Shown piece after piece: positions 37,001 through 49,805 of a stretch of 63,981 bases of DNA. This DNA is from Chiloscyllium plagiosum (taxonomy: Eukaryota), in contig NC_057720.1 of the NCBI RefSeq assembly GCF_004010195.1, positions 13,278,042 through 13,342,022 on the forward strand. The letters are read 5' to 3'. The notes under the pieces were generated by a model, which worked only from the letters and a program-made list of their open reading frames with translations, was not told where the DNA came from and did not search any database. How positions within the stretch are numbered: the first letter of the stretch is position 1; each line of letters opens with the position of its first letter. Position numbers and translations under genes: made by a program.

Positions 37001-37221
37001 TTTTAGAAATTTGGAAAAATGGCTTCTGGGAACTATTGTCATCTGAGACCTGAGGTTGGTTTCCAAGCATGTTTTGACTGTCAGTATTATGGATAAGTCA
37101 GTATCATTGGAACTGGTATGCAGCAAGCCCAACAAGAGCAGTGAGGAGGCTTTGACATAGTTTTAGCTCAGAATGAAGCTGGACAGATGAAAGAGATATT
37201 AGTGGGGAGCACCGTGATGGA

Positions 37222-37430
37222 GAAAGTGAGGACTGCAGATGCTGGAGATCTGATTTGAAAAGTGTGGCACTGGAAAAGCACAGCATCTCGTTAGGCAGCA
37301 TCTAAGAAGCAGGGGAGTCAATGTTTCAGGCACAAGTCCTTCATCAGGAATGATGATGGGCTTTGCCCAAAGCGTCGACTCTCCTGCTCCTCGATGCTGC
37401 CTGACCTGCTTTGCTTTGCCACGCCACCAC
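37222..37430. mobile_element. Penelope-derived fold-back element, family A
   Basis: TSD agcacc(g/t)tgatgga at 37208-37221 and 37431-37444; apex at ccttcatcaggaatgatgatggg. Confidence 0.82.
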
Positions 37431-37558
37431 AGCACCTTGATGGAAGTGACCATAACTCTGCTAGATTAAGGGTAGTGATAGAAAATTCTCAATTGGGGAA
37501 AAACTAGTTTTACTAAGCAGTAATATGATTTTGCTGAAGTGGACTGGAATCACTACTT

Positions 37559-37680
37559 CCTGAAGAAGGGTTCATGCCCGAAACGTCGATTCTCCTGCTC
37601 CTTGGATGTTGCCTGACCTGCGCTTTTCCAGCAACACATTTTCAGCTTTGATCTCCAGCATCTGCAGTCCTCATTTTCTT
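37559..37680 (+). mobile_element. Single-arm family A insert with intact hammerhead core
   Basis: Perfect 15-bp TSD ctggaatcactactt (37544-37558, 37681-37695); begins cCTGAAGA-A-gggt(tcat)gccc-GAAA-CGTC. Confidence 0.88.
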
Positions 37681-39529
37681 CTGGAATCACTACTTGTCAA
37701 TACATCAGTGCCACTTTAATGGGAGACATTCAAGCAGAGCTATTTGTATCATCTACTACAACGAGTGAGGTGCCAGAGAGCTGGATGGTGGCTAATGTTA
37801 TGTATTTGTTTAAGGAAGGCTGCACGGTGAAGCCTGGGAACTATAAGCCGGTGAGTCTGATATCAGTGGTGGGTAAGTTGTTGGAGAGGATTCTGAGAAA
37901 TAGGATTTACATGCATTTGGAGTGGCCAGAACTGAATAGGGATAGTCAGCATGGGGATATGTGGGAAATGTTGTCTCGCAAACTTGAGTTTTCTGAGAAT
38001 GCAATCAAAACGTTTGAGGCCAGAGTAGTAGGTGTTGTCTACATGGACTTCAGTAAAGTCTTTGACAAGGTTCTGCATGGTGGACTAATTAGTAAAGTTA
38101 GATTACATGGGAAGTAGGAAGAGCTTGCTAATTGGATACAAAATTGGCTTAACAGTAGGAGATAGAGGGTGATGGTGGAGGGGTGTATTACGGACTGCAC
38201 ACCTGTAACCACTGTTGTTCTGCAGGGATTGGTACTGGGTCCACTTTTGTTGTATCATTTATATAAACGATTTGGATGAGACTTTAGAAGACGCAGTTAC
38301 TAAGTTTGTGAATGACACCAAAATTGGTGGTAGAGGCAACAATGTCGAAGGTTATCTAAGATTACAAAAGGATCTTGGTCAATTAGGCCAATGGGCTGAG
38401 GAGTGGCAGGTGGTGTTTAATTTGGATAAATGAGAGATATTGCATTTTGGTGCAACAACAAGGGTAGGACTTATACAGTTACAGGTAGGGCCTTGGGTAG
38501 TATTGTCGAACAGAAAGATCTAGAGGTTCAGATACATGGTTCTTTGAAAGTTGCATCAGAGATAGACAGGTTGTTTAAAAAGGCATTTAGCGCACTTGCT
38601 TTCATTGCGCAGACCTTTGGGTATAGGCATTTGAATATCATGTTTAGGTTGTACATGGTGTTGATGAGGCCACTTTTGGAGTACTGTGTACAGTTCGGAT
38701 TGCCTAGGTAGGATATTATTATCTTAGGCAGAGTTCAGAAAAGATTTACCAGGATGTTGCTAGAACTGAGTTGAAAGGAGAGATTGTATAAGCTGGGACT
38801 ATATTCACTGGAGTGTAGGAAGTTAAGGGGTGACCTTATCAAAGTTTATAAAATGATGGGCATGGATAAAGTGAATGGCAAAAGTCTTTTCCATTGAGTG
38901 GAGGAGTTCAAAAATAGAGGGCATCATTTTAAGGTGGGAGAAGAAATATTTTAAAGGAATCCGATGGACAACAAATTCACTCAGAAGGCGCTTCTTTTGT
39001 GGAATGAACTGCCAGAGGAAGTGGTTGGTGCAGGTACAGTTACAGCATTTAAAAGACATTCAGATAAGTATGGGAATAGGAAAGGTTTAGAGGGATATTG
39101 GCCAAACGCAAGCAAGTCATACTGGTCTAGACTTGGAAACTTGGTCAGCATGGGCAATTCAATGAAAGTGTGAGATTCAAAGCAAGTGTTGCCTCTTAAA
39201 TAGACAGGGTGAAACTAACAGATCCAGAGGCCCTAGAGTGTCAAAGATCTGAAAGGAGAGGATGAAGAAAGAAAGCCAAAAACCAATGGGCTCAATACTG
39301 TCTAAAACCTGAAGAGATATAGAACGTGTAGGTCTAGAAGTAAAAAAAAAAGTAACTCTTGTCAAGCCAGATCAAGGAACATGCTCACAAACTCACAGAA
39401 TAAATGAATCAAGGAATGCGATCTTTCCAGCACCACTGAGGTAACCTGTGTATAAATCGAGTAAGGTTCTTAATGTTTACTTTGTATTTCTTTTCTCAAA
39501 AGAGAATGCCAAAAGAGGCATTGCAATTA

Positions 39530-39830
39530 GGAATGATGTGTGTGAAATGTTGCCAATCCCTAATTGTCCAGAAGGCAGTTAAGAGTCAGCCGCATTTCTG
39601 TGGATCTGGAGTCACATGTAGGTCAGATCAGGTAGGGATGACCATTTCTTTCCCTGAAGGACATTCATGAGCCAGATGGGTTTTTCTGCCAATCAGGAAT
39701 GGATTCATGGTCATCATTAGTTTCTTAATTTATATTGAATTCAAATTCCACCATCTGCCATGATGGTATTAGAACCTGGATCCCCAGAACTTTACAGTCC
39801 AGTGATAATACTATTAGGTCGTCATCTCCT
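39530..39830 (-). mobile_element. SINE family B copy
   Basis: Reverse complement of 43488-43838. Confidence 0.8.
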
Positions 39831-40085
39831 CCTCCACATCCTTCTGTGGTAGAGAGTTCTATAGGTTCATTTCCCTATGAGTGAAGAAAGCTTTCTTCAT
39901 TTTAATCCTAAATGCCTTACCCTATATTCTGAGATGTATGACATCTGATTCTAGACTCCCCAACTGATAAAACATCCTCCCTGTATCTAGCCTATTGAGA
40001 ATTATATATGTTTCAATCTGATCTCCCCCACCCCCCATTCTTCCTCTAAATGCTAATGAATACAGGCCCAGTCAAATTAATTTCT
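39830..40085 (-). mobile_element. Old CR1 3' fragment
   Basis: cttctgtggtagagagttc..gtgaagaaag..gaatacaggcccagtc. Confidence 0.6.
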
Positions 40086-41418
40086 CTGCATAGAATGGAG
40101 CAAAAGAATGTCTGTAATGAACAGACTCACTTAACATTTTGCCAGTATTTAGATATTCACTTGTGCGCCATAGCCTCCAGGAGAGCGGGTTAAGAGCTGG
40201 AAAATAGGATTGGTTTCATAGACTTCCATTTACTGATAGGGGCATAATATGCTGATTTGTCTCCTCCTCTGCTATAAACATCTGAGTCAAAGTGAAGAGT
40301 TGGATCCAAAATTGTTTTTGTGACAGGAAATAAGGGACAGTTGTCAGTGAGTATTTTTGAGATTGGAAGATTGTTTCCATTGGGTTTCCACAGGGCTTTT
40401 ATGAGGTCCTTTGCTTTTTGTGGTATGTATCAATAGATATGTTGGTAGACAATAAAAATTTGGCTGTATTGGCATGAAATTTAGATGATGGCCAAAAGCT
40501 TTTAAAATGTTAATGAGTAAAAGTTGTACGTAAACAGCAATGTTAAAAATGCTAAAACTTGATAGACCCACTCCAATGAATTTACTGCATGAAGCTGCCA
40601 AGGTGGTGAACAAGCCAAACCCTTCCATGAAGGAGGAGACGCAGTTGCAACTTTGATGTGACCTCCTCCCTCTTCATGGCCATTCTACATCAGCAGTAAT
40701 TGATTTCAACAAAGACTAAAGCTAAGTTTAAAAAAAAGCCATCCTATCTCTTTATTATCTTTGTAACATATGTAATGGTAGTAATTACTATATTTTAAGC
40801 CAGTTTACGAAAATATCGATTGCACAGTTAACCCTTACAATGTTCAAAAATATTTTGCATCGTTCCTGTCTCTATTGAAACACCATCCTCCAGTCTCTTA
40901 AGTGACACTTTAGAGCTATACAATTGGCTTCAATGTCATTAAGCTGAGGATGTAGGGAGCATATGACTAGAGTTCCCATTAATCATCAATATCTGTTGAA
41001 GTGTATGTATCAGTTTAGGTCAGGTGCAGTATTTACTGTGACGGCGTTTCAAATGTGTGACCAGAACAATAGATACTGCAAGGCCATTTCCTACAGTTTG
41101 TTTGTTTTTCTAGCTTGTCATGTTACTTTCGGATTTTGTCCCATTTTCGAAGAAGGAACATTAAAAGTGAAAATATTTGACAAAATACAGCAGGTTTCTC
41201 TAAGATTTGTGCTGTTGTCCATGCGTAATGAACTCTCAAAACCTTATTAATCTTTTTCACTGGTAATATTTTCTGCTTCAACTAACCTGTAATTTAGTTT
41301 TGCAACTGAAGTAAAACCCACGGTTAACCTACAAATTTAACCCATGCAGAAGTGCATTTAATGCTAAAACTTCTTGAGCTATTTTTTGTTTCTGACTTGT
41401 TGCTTCATTTACAACCAG

Positions 41419-41645
41419 GAAAGAAATCTCATCTTAGAAAAACAACAGAGAAGAAACTGCCTACTAAAGAAACCATTGCGAGACTGCAAGTGTCTGAGAT
41501 CTGGAAAATGGAAAACGAGTTCTATGAGTTTGCTCTGGAACAGTTTCAATTTATTAGAGCTCACGCAGTGAGAGAAAAGGATGGTGAACTTTACCTCCTT
41601 AGCAAGAGCTTTTTCTATGAAAAAATCTATCCTAAAGCAACTTAA
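41419..41645 (+). CDS. HS2ST1: HS2ST1 terminal coding exon (equivalent to human exon 7)
   Basis: CCAG acceptor ending at 41418; encodes (G)KKSHLRKTTEKKLPTKETIARLQVSEIWKMENEFYEFALEQFQFIRAHAVREKDGELYLLSKSFFYEKIYPKAT, with TAA at 41643-41645, matching the HS2ST1 C-terminus. Confidence 0.97.
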
Positions 41646-43487
41646 AAACAGTTTTCACTACAGTGACCTGAAGAACTGCATCAAAAATGTCTTTCTGCTG
41701 AATCAGTTGTTACCTTGAACAGTCTAATGATTTTTTTTCCCCAATAAGAGCAGAAAAGAAATCTTGTTCTACAGTTTGTATCAAATCTGCAGTGAACCAC
41801 TTGCATCTGTAAAGATTTTAGGGTCAAGCATTAGGTGCATTAATGGACGAATGAGCAAGGAAATCCGTTTACACAAACAGCGCACCAGTTGTGTAGATGG
41901 CATTCTGTCATTATTACTAATCAGATTGTGGTATGTTTTAGGGACTCCTGTGTCTTGTAAACTTTTACCTGTAGAACTATTTTTTACTAGGGTGCTTTCT
42001 AAAGTGTTTCAAAGTATTGTAATTTCACAGTAAGAGAAAAGACAAAATGCTGTACATATTGCACTTTTTATGTGTTTGGACCAAAAGGTTACAAAAAGTT
42101 TGAAGTATTTATTTCACACCAATTTTATTACAGGTGGTGTAACTGAACACGTAGCATCCAACATACTATACACCCTTTTATTAGATACTTTGTGTCAATT
42201 TAGATTTGTAAGCTTGAATTTCCTCGCTTGTTTGTATCATGGAGAATAATATGCCAAAAGGCAAAACTACATTGCAGAGACCTGGAGCTTACAGAAATGC
42301 CATCTTTGACAATGTGCTGCATTACAATTATGGCTACACAGATCTGCAGTTAGAAAGCAAACTTTTTAAGCAAATAATTGTGTTTGCCCAGTGGAGGGAA
42401 ATATTCAGTGTTAATTAATCTCACCATCGCCTAATTTCCCTTCAGGTTGAAACAGTGTTAGTAGGTTTTCATTGTTATTTCCCATCCCAGTTTAAAAAGT
42501 TATATAGATTAATGTATTGCATTTCTAAATGTACTTTTCTCGCAAATGAAATGATATATCCAATAGGCTTGCTATGTTTTCAGTCAGTGCATTGCACTGC
42601 TGAATTTTACACGAGTGATTTCCTTGCATTCTCTCTCACATGCATGCTAACAATTGAGAAAATCTGTCCCAACCCCTGCAATCTTTGCAGATACTTTGCC
42701 GCTTTGTGTTTGTTTTGTCTCTTTTTAAAAAATTTGTCCCCTCCTAGGATTAATCAACCAGTATTTTAAAATGTGGGTGGCTTGAGGCTGCATTTTCTGC
42801 TGGACAGTAAATCCATTCGTGATTGTGAAGGTAGGACAGTCGGTCATTGCCCTATCCCAGTGCAAGCTGAGCTACTTTTCTCAGTTGAGTTAAAGATGTC
42901 GACTGGGCTCTTGGCAGTTGGCAAGTAGTGTCAAAAAAAATCATGTGCAGCAGTGGCACCCACTTCTGCACCAAAGAGTAGAAGCAATAGTTAAAAGGGA
43001 TAGAAGCTCCCAAACCATCATGGTATGATGACTCTATGAATAATTCTGTGCAGTTAACAAAAATGTATTTCAAACTAGCCTCGAATGCGACTACGTCAAA
43101 TGTACTACTGGGAGAGCAGAGGATTGAAAGCACTGGCTACTTAGCCATGTCCTGTCCCTCCTTGGTGACTATTTGGCACTCCAAGCTGAAGAACTGTCAG
43201 CCAGTTGGCTGTTTCAGTAGTTGGCAGGAAGGCAGCAGGACAATTAGTTGGTTAGCCTTGCCATTCCATGCTGCTACAGAAAGCTTATATGGACAGCAGG
43301 TGAAACCATAAGGTCCAGTTGAGTAACATAGATTCAATTGAGCTGGTAACCATCTTTTGAACTTTGTAGCAGCAACAAAACAATATTTTTAATTTTCCCA
43401 AAATTGTGCTTAAGATTTCGTTACTATGAAGGCCCTCAAGAGGCACATGTTGAATTTGTACTCATTTTAATATTACCTTCTGAGAGA

Positions 43488-43838
43488 GATAATGACCGAG
43501 TGGTATTATCGCTAAACTGTTAATCCAGAGAACCAGGTAATGTTCTGGGGACCTGGTTTTGATTCCTGCCATCACAGACAGTGGAATTTGAATTCAATTT
43601 AAAAAGAAATCTGGAATTAAGAGTCTAATGATGACCATGAAACCATTGTTGATTGATGGGAAAACCCATCAGGTTCACTAATGTCCTTTAGGGAAGGAAA
43701 CTGCTGTCCTTACTTAGTCTGGCCTACATGTGACTCCAGACCCACAGCAATGTGTTGACTCTTAACTGCCCTCTGGGCAATTGGGGATTGGCAATAAATG
43801 CTTGCCTGGCCAGCAATGTCCACATCCTGTGAATGAAT
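43488..43838 (+). mobile_element. tRNA-derived SINE family B (tail shared with the CR1/L2-group LINE), inside the probable 3' UTR
   Basis: Head with box-like gagtggta..ggttttgattcc; tail ggcaataaatgcttgcctggccagcaatgtccacatcctgtgaatgaat matches the LINE 3' end at 12680-12750. Confidence 0.82.
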
Positions 43839-44385
43839 TTTTTTTAAAAATGGAGCTGCTGATGCCTTTGAGGAGCTGTAATCCCTACACACTGACAACA
43901 ATGGGGAGGGTGGGGCATTTATCATTAACCACTATAAAGTACATTTCCTAAATTTATTGCGTACCTGGTTTTGGGATTCTCAATATTTGGTGTTAGAAGA
44001 TTTTTAAGATTTTAGATGTTTGCTGTATATTTAAAGACGGGGTGAAATTTATGTTCCAATGTATGAATGATGTTATTCTCATCATTGTTTCTCATCATGC
44101 AAGGAGCATAACGTAGGTGCTGAAGGCACGAAATATATAAGGTACAGAATGTAAATACTGGAAAACATGGATTGTGCTCTATATAACTGTTTTAAAACAT
44201 AAGCAGCTGAATAGTGCCTTCCTTACCACGGTCCATGTTGTAAAAAAAAGTGTACATTTTGGATTCATTTGTGCATTGTAAGAATAATTAATGTCTTGAC
44301 ACTTTTCATAGAATCAATTAGAGATGATTCTTCTGTTTTAGTTTTTGTTTGTAGTTATTCAGTTTCCTTGGTGCAAATGTTCCCT

Positions 44386-44391
44386 AATAAA
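44386..44391 (+). terminator. Candidate polyadenylation signal
   Basis: AATAAA outside any repeat, followed by U/GU-rich sequence (ctctttgcattgtaatctgtatgtc). Confidence 0.45.
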
Positions 44392-44544
44392 GAAAACTGT
44401 ACAAACTCTTTGCATTGTAATCTGTATGTCCTTTAGTATCTGCAACTTTGACATATCCATTTCAGAGCTAGCTTCAAACACCCACGCTGATAAATATCGA
44501 CTGAATTGACTTCTGTGATGCACCGTCTGAAAGAAAGACTTAAC

Positions 44545-45350
44545 TAGTATTTTTCTAACAGCTTTAATATAACAAAATGACCTGAGGGGCATGACAGAAG
44601 CATCATGAAACAAAATAATATATTGAGTAACACAGAGAGGTGTAGGCAGGTGGTCAAAAGCTTGGTAGGTGTTGAGGAGTGCCTCAAAGGAAGGAAATGC
44701 ATTGTTGGGGGAGTTTTTAAAATTAATTCATGGGATGTGGGATCACTGGCCAGACCAGCATTTATTACTCATCCCTAATTGCAGTCAGATTTCACCAAAC
44801 ATTGCCATGGGTCTGGAGACACATGTAGGCCAGACCAGGTAAAGACAGCAGTTTCTTTCCCTAAAGGACATTTTCTGACAATTGTTTCAGGATCACCATT
44901 AGACTCCGAATTCCAGACATTTATTGCTCTTTGCAGGATTTGAACCCAAGACCCCAGAACATTATCAGGGTCTCTGGAATAATAGCTTAATGCTAATGTC
45001 AATAGGCCACTATCTATCTGTGATTTCACAAACTCCCAGATTTTAGAGCCTCTGCTGCTGAAGGTACAATCGTAAATTGTATAGAGATAAAAATTGGGGG
45101 TGCTCAATGAGGCCAGCATTAGATTAAAAGAAGTATTATGGAGGATTGTGGATGTGGATGGGTTTACAGAGATAGGGGAGGTTGCAGCCATAGGAAGATT
45201 TGAAAACAAGGATGCATATTTTAAATCAGTAAATTTTTATTTTTGTTTGACTGATATATGTCAGCAATGATAAAGGAGTAGGACTTGGTGAAAGTTAAGA
45301 CCTAAATAATGTGAGTTTTATATGATCTCAGGCTTGTGTAGGGTAGACTT
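44545..45350 (-). mobile_element. Old L2-like 3' fragment interrupted by a SINE family B copy (44722-45012)
   Basis: ggtggtcaaaagcttggt..; ggaagatttgaaaacaaggatg..ttttaaatc; the nested SINE starts cagcatttattactcatccctaattg. Confidence 0.6.
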
Positions 45351-45482
45351 AGTTATTTGGGGCATTCTTCAGTCATGAGCGGTTTCATCTAAATAAATAC
45401 TTTTTTTGCTGCAGAACCTGCAGTGTGTAGTATTGAAGAAATATTGTTTTCTCAGAAATGCCCTTTGAAATAATAAATTTGT

Positions 45483-45798
45483 GGGCGGCACGGTGGTACA
45501 GTGGTTAGCACTGCTGCCTCACAGCGCTAGAGACCCGGGTTCAATTCCCGCCTCAGGCGACTGACTGTGGGGAGTTTGTACGTTCTCCCCGTGTCTGCGT
45601 GGGTTTCCTCCGGGTGCTCCGGTTTCCTCCCACAGTCCAAAGATGTGCAGGTCAGGTGAATTGGCCATGCTAAATTGCCCATAGTGTTAGGTAAGGGATA
45701 AATGTAGGGGTATGGGTGGGTTGCGCTTCGGCGGGGCGGTGTGGACTTGTTGGGCCAAAGGGCCTGATTCCACACTGTAAGTAATCTAATCTAATCTA
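45483..45798 (+). mobile_element. HE1-type V-SINE, well preserved
   Basis: A/B boxes, V domain and (aatct)n tail; very similar to 15212-15526. Confidence 0.93.
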
Positions 45799-46314
45799 AA
45801 TAGAGGTCATATTTACCAGAGCTGATTATTCAGGTCAATGCTAAAAATCAGAATGCGCTATTTTGGAAAAAGCTGGGAATAACCCTGTGTGACTACTTCT
45901 TGATTCTCAAGTTGCACCATCTGTTGACTTTAGCATGTTTCACTTAATATTGGTTTAACTCTGTATCACATACAACTGGGTGGACCTCATCGAGCATCAA
46001 GCGTCCTTGTGCATTCCTGTTTTCCTACTGCAGAAAACTTACCCAAAAATTTATTTCATAACACCCTGTCACCTTAAACTTTTCTTCCCCAGCTTCACAG
46101 TGAATGCAACCAATGCTGCGCTATTGTTTTGTCTGTAAACTAGTGATTATCCATTTAGTTGCCCCTTTGCTGCTTCCAGCCACTTTCCCCTTTGCCTGCC
46201 AAGCCAAATTCCTCAGATGGATGTGGGAATTTTCCACTGCACTATTTCAAACAGTCCATCCTCAGTCAGTGTCGCAAAAATATTAAATAGCTGATTGTAG
46301 ACGTTTCTTAAGCA

Positions 46315-46435
46315 CAAATTGGCTTCCGTGTTTCCTATGCTACAACAGTGACTGCACTTCCCAAATACTTCATTCTCTGTAAAATACTTTGGGGCATTCT
46401 GTGGTCATGAAAAACACTGTCAAAGCAAGTCTTTT
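46315..46435 (+). mobile_element. Deu-SINE/L2-type 3' tail remnant (a similar piece lies at ~47815-47935)
   Basis: ttggcttccgtgtttcctatgctacaacagtgactgcacttc..aaagcaagtctttt. Confidence 0.55.
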
Positions 46436-47114
46436 GTATAGATCTGCCTAAGGCTGTCTAAATGTTTTTTGATATAATAGCTAAGATATTGAAGAAGCTG
46501 AGATGGGGAAATCGTAAAAGGAGCTGTCGGACCTAAGAATAAAAACAGACCACTTTGATTTGTACTGAAACAGTGCCATAAGCACAAACAGATTTATTTT
46601 GTCATAGGATCTACGGTATGTGCTCAAAACAATTATGAAATATTAAACAGGCAAACAAATTATAGCTAATAGTATTTTAAATATATTATCTGAACAATGA
46701 TTTGACTATCTCTGAATTTTGTTAATCTAAGTAATTACATGTTTACCTGTATCTTATAAATGTGATAACTCAGTTGGCACTCCTGGGGGTTATAGTCTAA
46801 AACTGATGAAGTTATGTTGGCAAGCCAAAAGGGAGCTCTCACACAAGAGTGGCAATCGTTGATGGGATAGAAAATAATCAACCAGGCTATCAATTATCGA
46901 ATTTGTCAATGTGATGAAATGACTGCCTTGAACAGTACCAATCCTTTGAATTCAACTGTAAGGCCATGTTTTCACATTTGATAACAATCAATAATCTGAT
47001 GGAATGAATGAGAATTAAAACTAATTGGTGGTGAAGAATGCTTTGGGATCTGTTGCTTTATAGTGGTTTGATGTAAATATGTGTTTGAAGTCATTTCAAG
47101 ATCATAACTGCAAG

Positions 47115-47610
47115 ACTTTCTGATTGATTTGATGGTCACGTGCACTAAAATACAGTGAAAAGCTTTGTGAGCAGTACAGACAGATCATAGAGTGAAAGAT
47201 AACTGGGACAGAGTAAGGCATACAGGTCACACTGCACAGGACGTGTGCTAGACAAGATCAACATTAACAGGATCAGCATTATTTGAACTTATTCCATTCG
47301 TCAGTCTAATAATGGCAGGGAACAAGCTGTTCTTGAACCTGCTGGTGTGTGTGTGTGTGTGTGTGTTCAAGTTTCTGTATCTTCTGCCCGATGGAAGAGG
47401 TTGTAGGAGAGCATTGCTGGGATGGGATGGATCTTTGATGATGTTGAACGCCTTTCTCCAGTAACGAGAAGTGTAAATGGAGTCCATGGATGGGAGGTTG
47501 GCTTCCATGATGGTGTGGGCTGTGTAAACCACCTTCAGCAGTTTCTTGCGGTTCTGGGCAGACCAATTGCCACACCGGGCTGTTATGCACCTGGACAGTA
47601 TGCTTCCTGC
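47115..47610 (-). mobile_element. Rex1/Babar-type LINE 3' fragment, with a (GT)n microsatellite at ~47344-47366
   Basis: ORF 47248..47640: SILSRCITA..LPSMDSIY..IIKDPSHP..LPSGRRYR..RFKNSLFPAIIRL. Confidence 0.8.
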
Positions 47611-48309
47611 CAGTTGTTCAGAGATATTGCTCCTGAACATGTCCTGAAATGTCTCTGTAGTTAAAATGGGGAAAACCTAAGCTTTGAAATAACTGATGTA
47701 ACAGAGCTGTGAGGTTTTTTTTTGGTTTGTATGTACTTCATTTGTAAACTATACCAGAAATGTCTGTCAACCCAGAAATGTGACAGGAACATAAAGAACC
47801 TACCATTCAATATGATGTATTCCTTGCACTACAGCAATGACTACAATTCAGAAGTACTTAACTAGCTATAAAGTGCACTGAGTCTTCGCCTCCCAATGTA
47901 GTGCCAGGCATAATATGCATGCAAATCTATCTTTAATCTTTTCATTATTCAGTTTCTTTCATGAGATTATATTGAAATGTGTCATCTGCTCGACTAAGTT
48001 ATTTCCAGTAATTATTTTGTTAAAGGGGCAAGGAGGTCAACTCAGAATGCAGAAGAGAGCTTGCAATTCAACCGTGAAGTTTTGTGCATGTTGCTTCACT
48101 TCATTTCACTTATAAACTATGCAGTAGCACCAAATTGTAGGATTGTCTAAAACTTAGAGCTGGTCCTTCTAGTGGAGAAGTTAAGAAAAACGATAGTAAA
48201 AGTTTAAAAATCTACTCCATAGGTAGAAATTAATGCTTGGTCAAATTTGCTTTTAAAAAACGAGGTGTGTTAAGCGATTTTTATTCACTATATTAAAGGG
48301 TATCTGAGC

Positions 48310-49805
48310 ATAACATAAGAACTAGGCCCTTCGAGCCCGCTCCGCCATTCAATAATATTGTGGCTGATCTTTTCATGGCCTCAGCTCCACTTCATCGTTT
48401 TCACCATATCCCTTAATTCCTTTATTTTTCAAAAAGTATCTACCTTAGCTTTAAAAGCAATTACTGAAGTCGCATCAACCACTTCCCTAGACAAGGAATT
48501 CCATAGATTAACAACCCTCAAGGTGAATATGTTCCTTCTCAGTTCAGTTCTAAACCTGCTTCCTCTAATTTTCAGGCTATGCCCTCTTGTCCTAGTTTCA
48601 CCTACCAGCGCAAACACCATCTCTACTTCTATTTTATTAATTCCCTTCATAATTTTATATGTTTCTGTAAGATCCCCCCCCCATTCTTCTAAATTCCAAT
48701 GAGTACAGTCCCAGTCTACTCAACCTCTCCTCATAAGTCACCTCCCTCAATTCCGGAATCAACCTAGTGATCCTCCTCTGCACCCCCTCCATTGCCAATT
48801 CATCCTTTCTTAAGGAAGGAGAACAAATCTGCACACAGTATTCCAGGTGTGGCCTGACCAGCACTATATACAGCTCTAACATTACCCCTCTGCTTTTAAC
48901 CTCAACCCCCTTAGCAATGAAGGACAAAATTCCATTTGCCTTCCTAATTACTTGTACTGCAGAGCAACCTTCTGCAATTCATGCACAAGGACACCCAGGT
49001 CCCTCTGCAAATCAGCATGTTGCAACTTTTTACCATTCAAGTAATCATCTATTTTTCTGTTACTCCTACCAAATTGTATGACTTCACATTTGTTAACATT
49101 GTATTCCATCTGCCACACATTTGCCCACTCACTCATGTATCTATGTGCCTCTGCAAAGTTTCACAGTCCTCTGTACACTTTGCCCTGCACTCATCCTCGT
49201 GTCATTGGCAAATTTTAACACCTTACATGTGATTCCCAACTCCAAATCATCTATATAGATTGTAAATAATTGTGCTCCCAACACCGATCTCTGAGTCACG
49301 CCACCAGTCACTGATTGCCACCAGAATAGCACGCATTTATCCCCATACTTTGCTTCTTGTTAGTCATAAAATCCTCTATCCACACTAATACTCTACCCCT
49401 AACACCATGCATCCTTATCTTATGCAGCAGCCTCATGTGTTTGAAATGTCTTCATAGAATTTCCAAAAGATTTGTGAAGCATGACCTGCCCTTCAAGAAC
49501 CCATGCTGTGACTATACAATGGGGCAATTTCTTTCGAGATGCCCTGCTATTTCTTCCTTGATGATATACTCAGGCATTTTCCCCACTACAGAGGTTAAGC
49601 TCATTGGTCTATAAGTCCCCATCTTTTGTCTACTTCCCTTTTTAAACAATGGCGTCACATTTCTATTTTCCAATCTGCTGGGGCTGCCCCAGAGTCCAGT
49701 GAATTTTGGAAAATTACCACCAGTCCACCTGCTATTTCTCCTCCCATCTCTTTTAGTACCCTGGGATGCATTCCATCAGGGCCAGGAGACTTATCCATGC
49801 TTAGT
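48310..49805 (-). mobile_element. CR1 RT-to-3' fragment with deletions
   Basis: KSPGPDGMHPRVLKE; VLGAQLFTIYIDDL..FANDT; LVRPHLEYC; LWNSL. Confidence 0.9.

Larger units (their letters stand above)
37080..39150 (+). mobile_element. CR1 LINE with internal deletions (EN remnant, RT, 3' end)
   Basis: GNYKPVSLISVVGKLLE..YMDFSKVFDKV; FVNDTKIGG; LWNELPEEVV. Confidence 0.88.
41646..44410 (+). other. HS2ST1: Probable HS2ST1 3' UTR
   Basis: AT-rich, repeat-poor sequence after the stop codon, containing a Pumilio element and miRNA seed matches. The end is inferred from AATAAA at 44386-44391. Confidence 0.5.
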
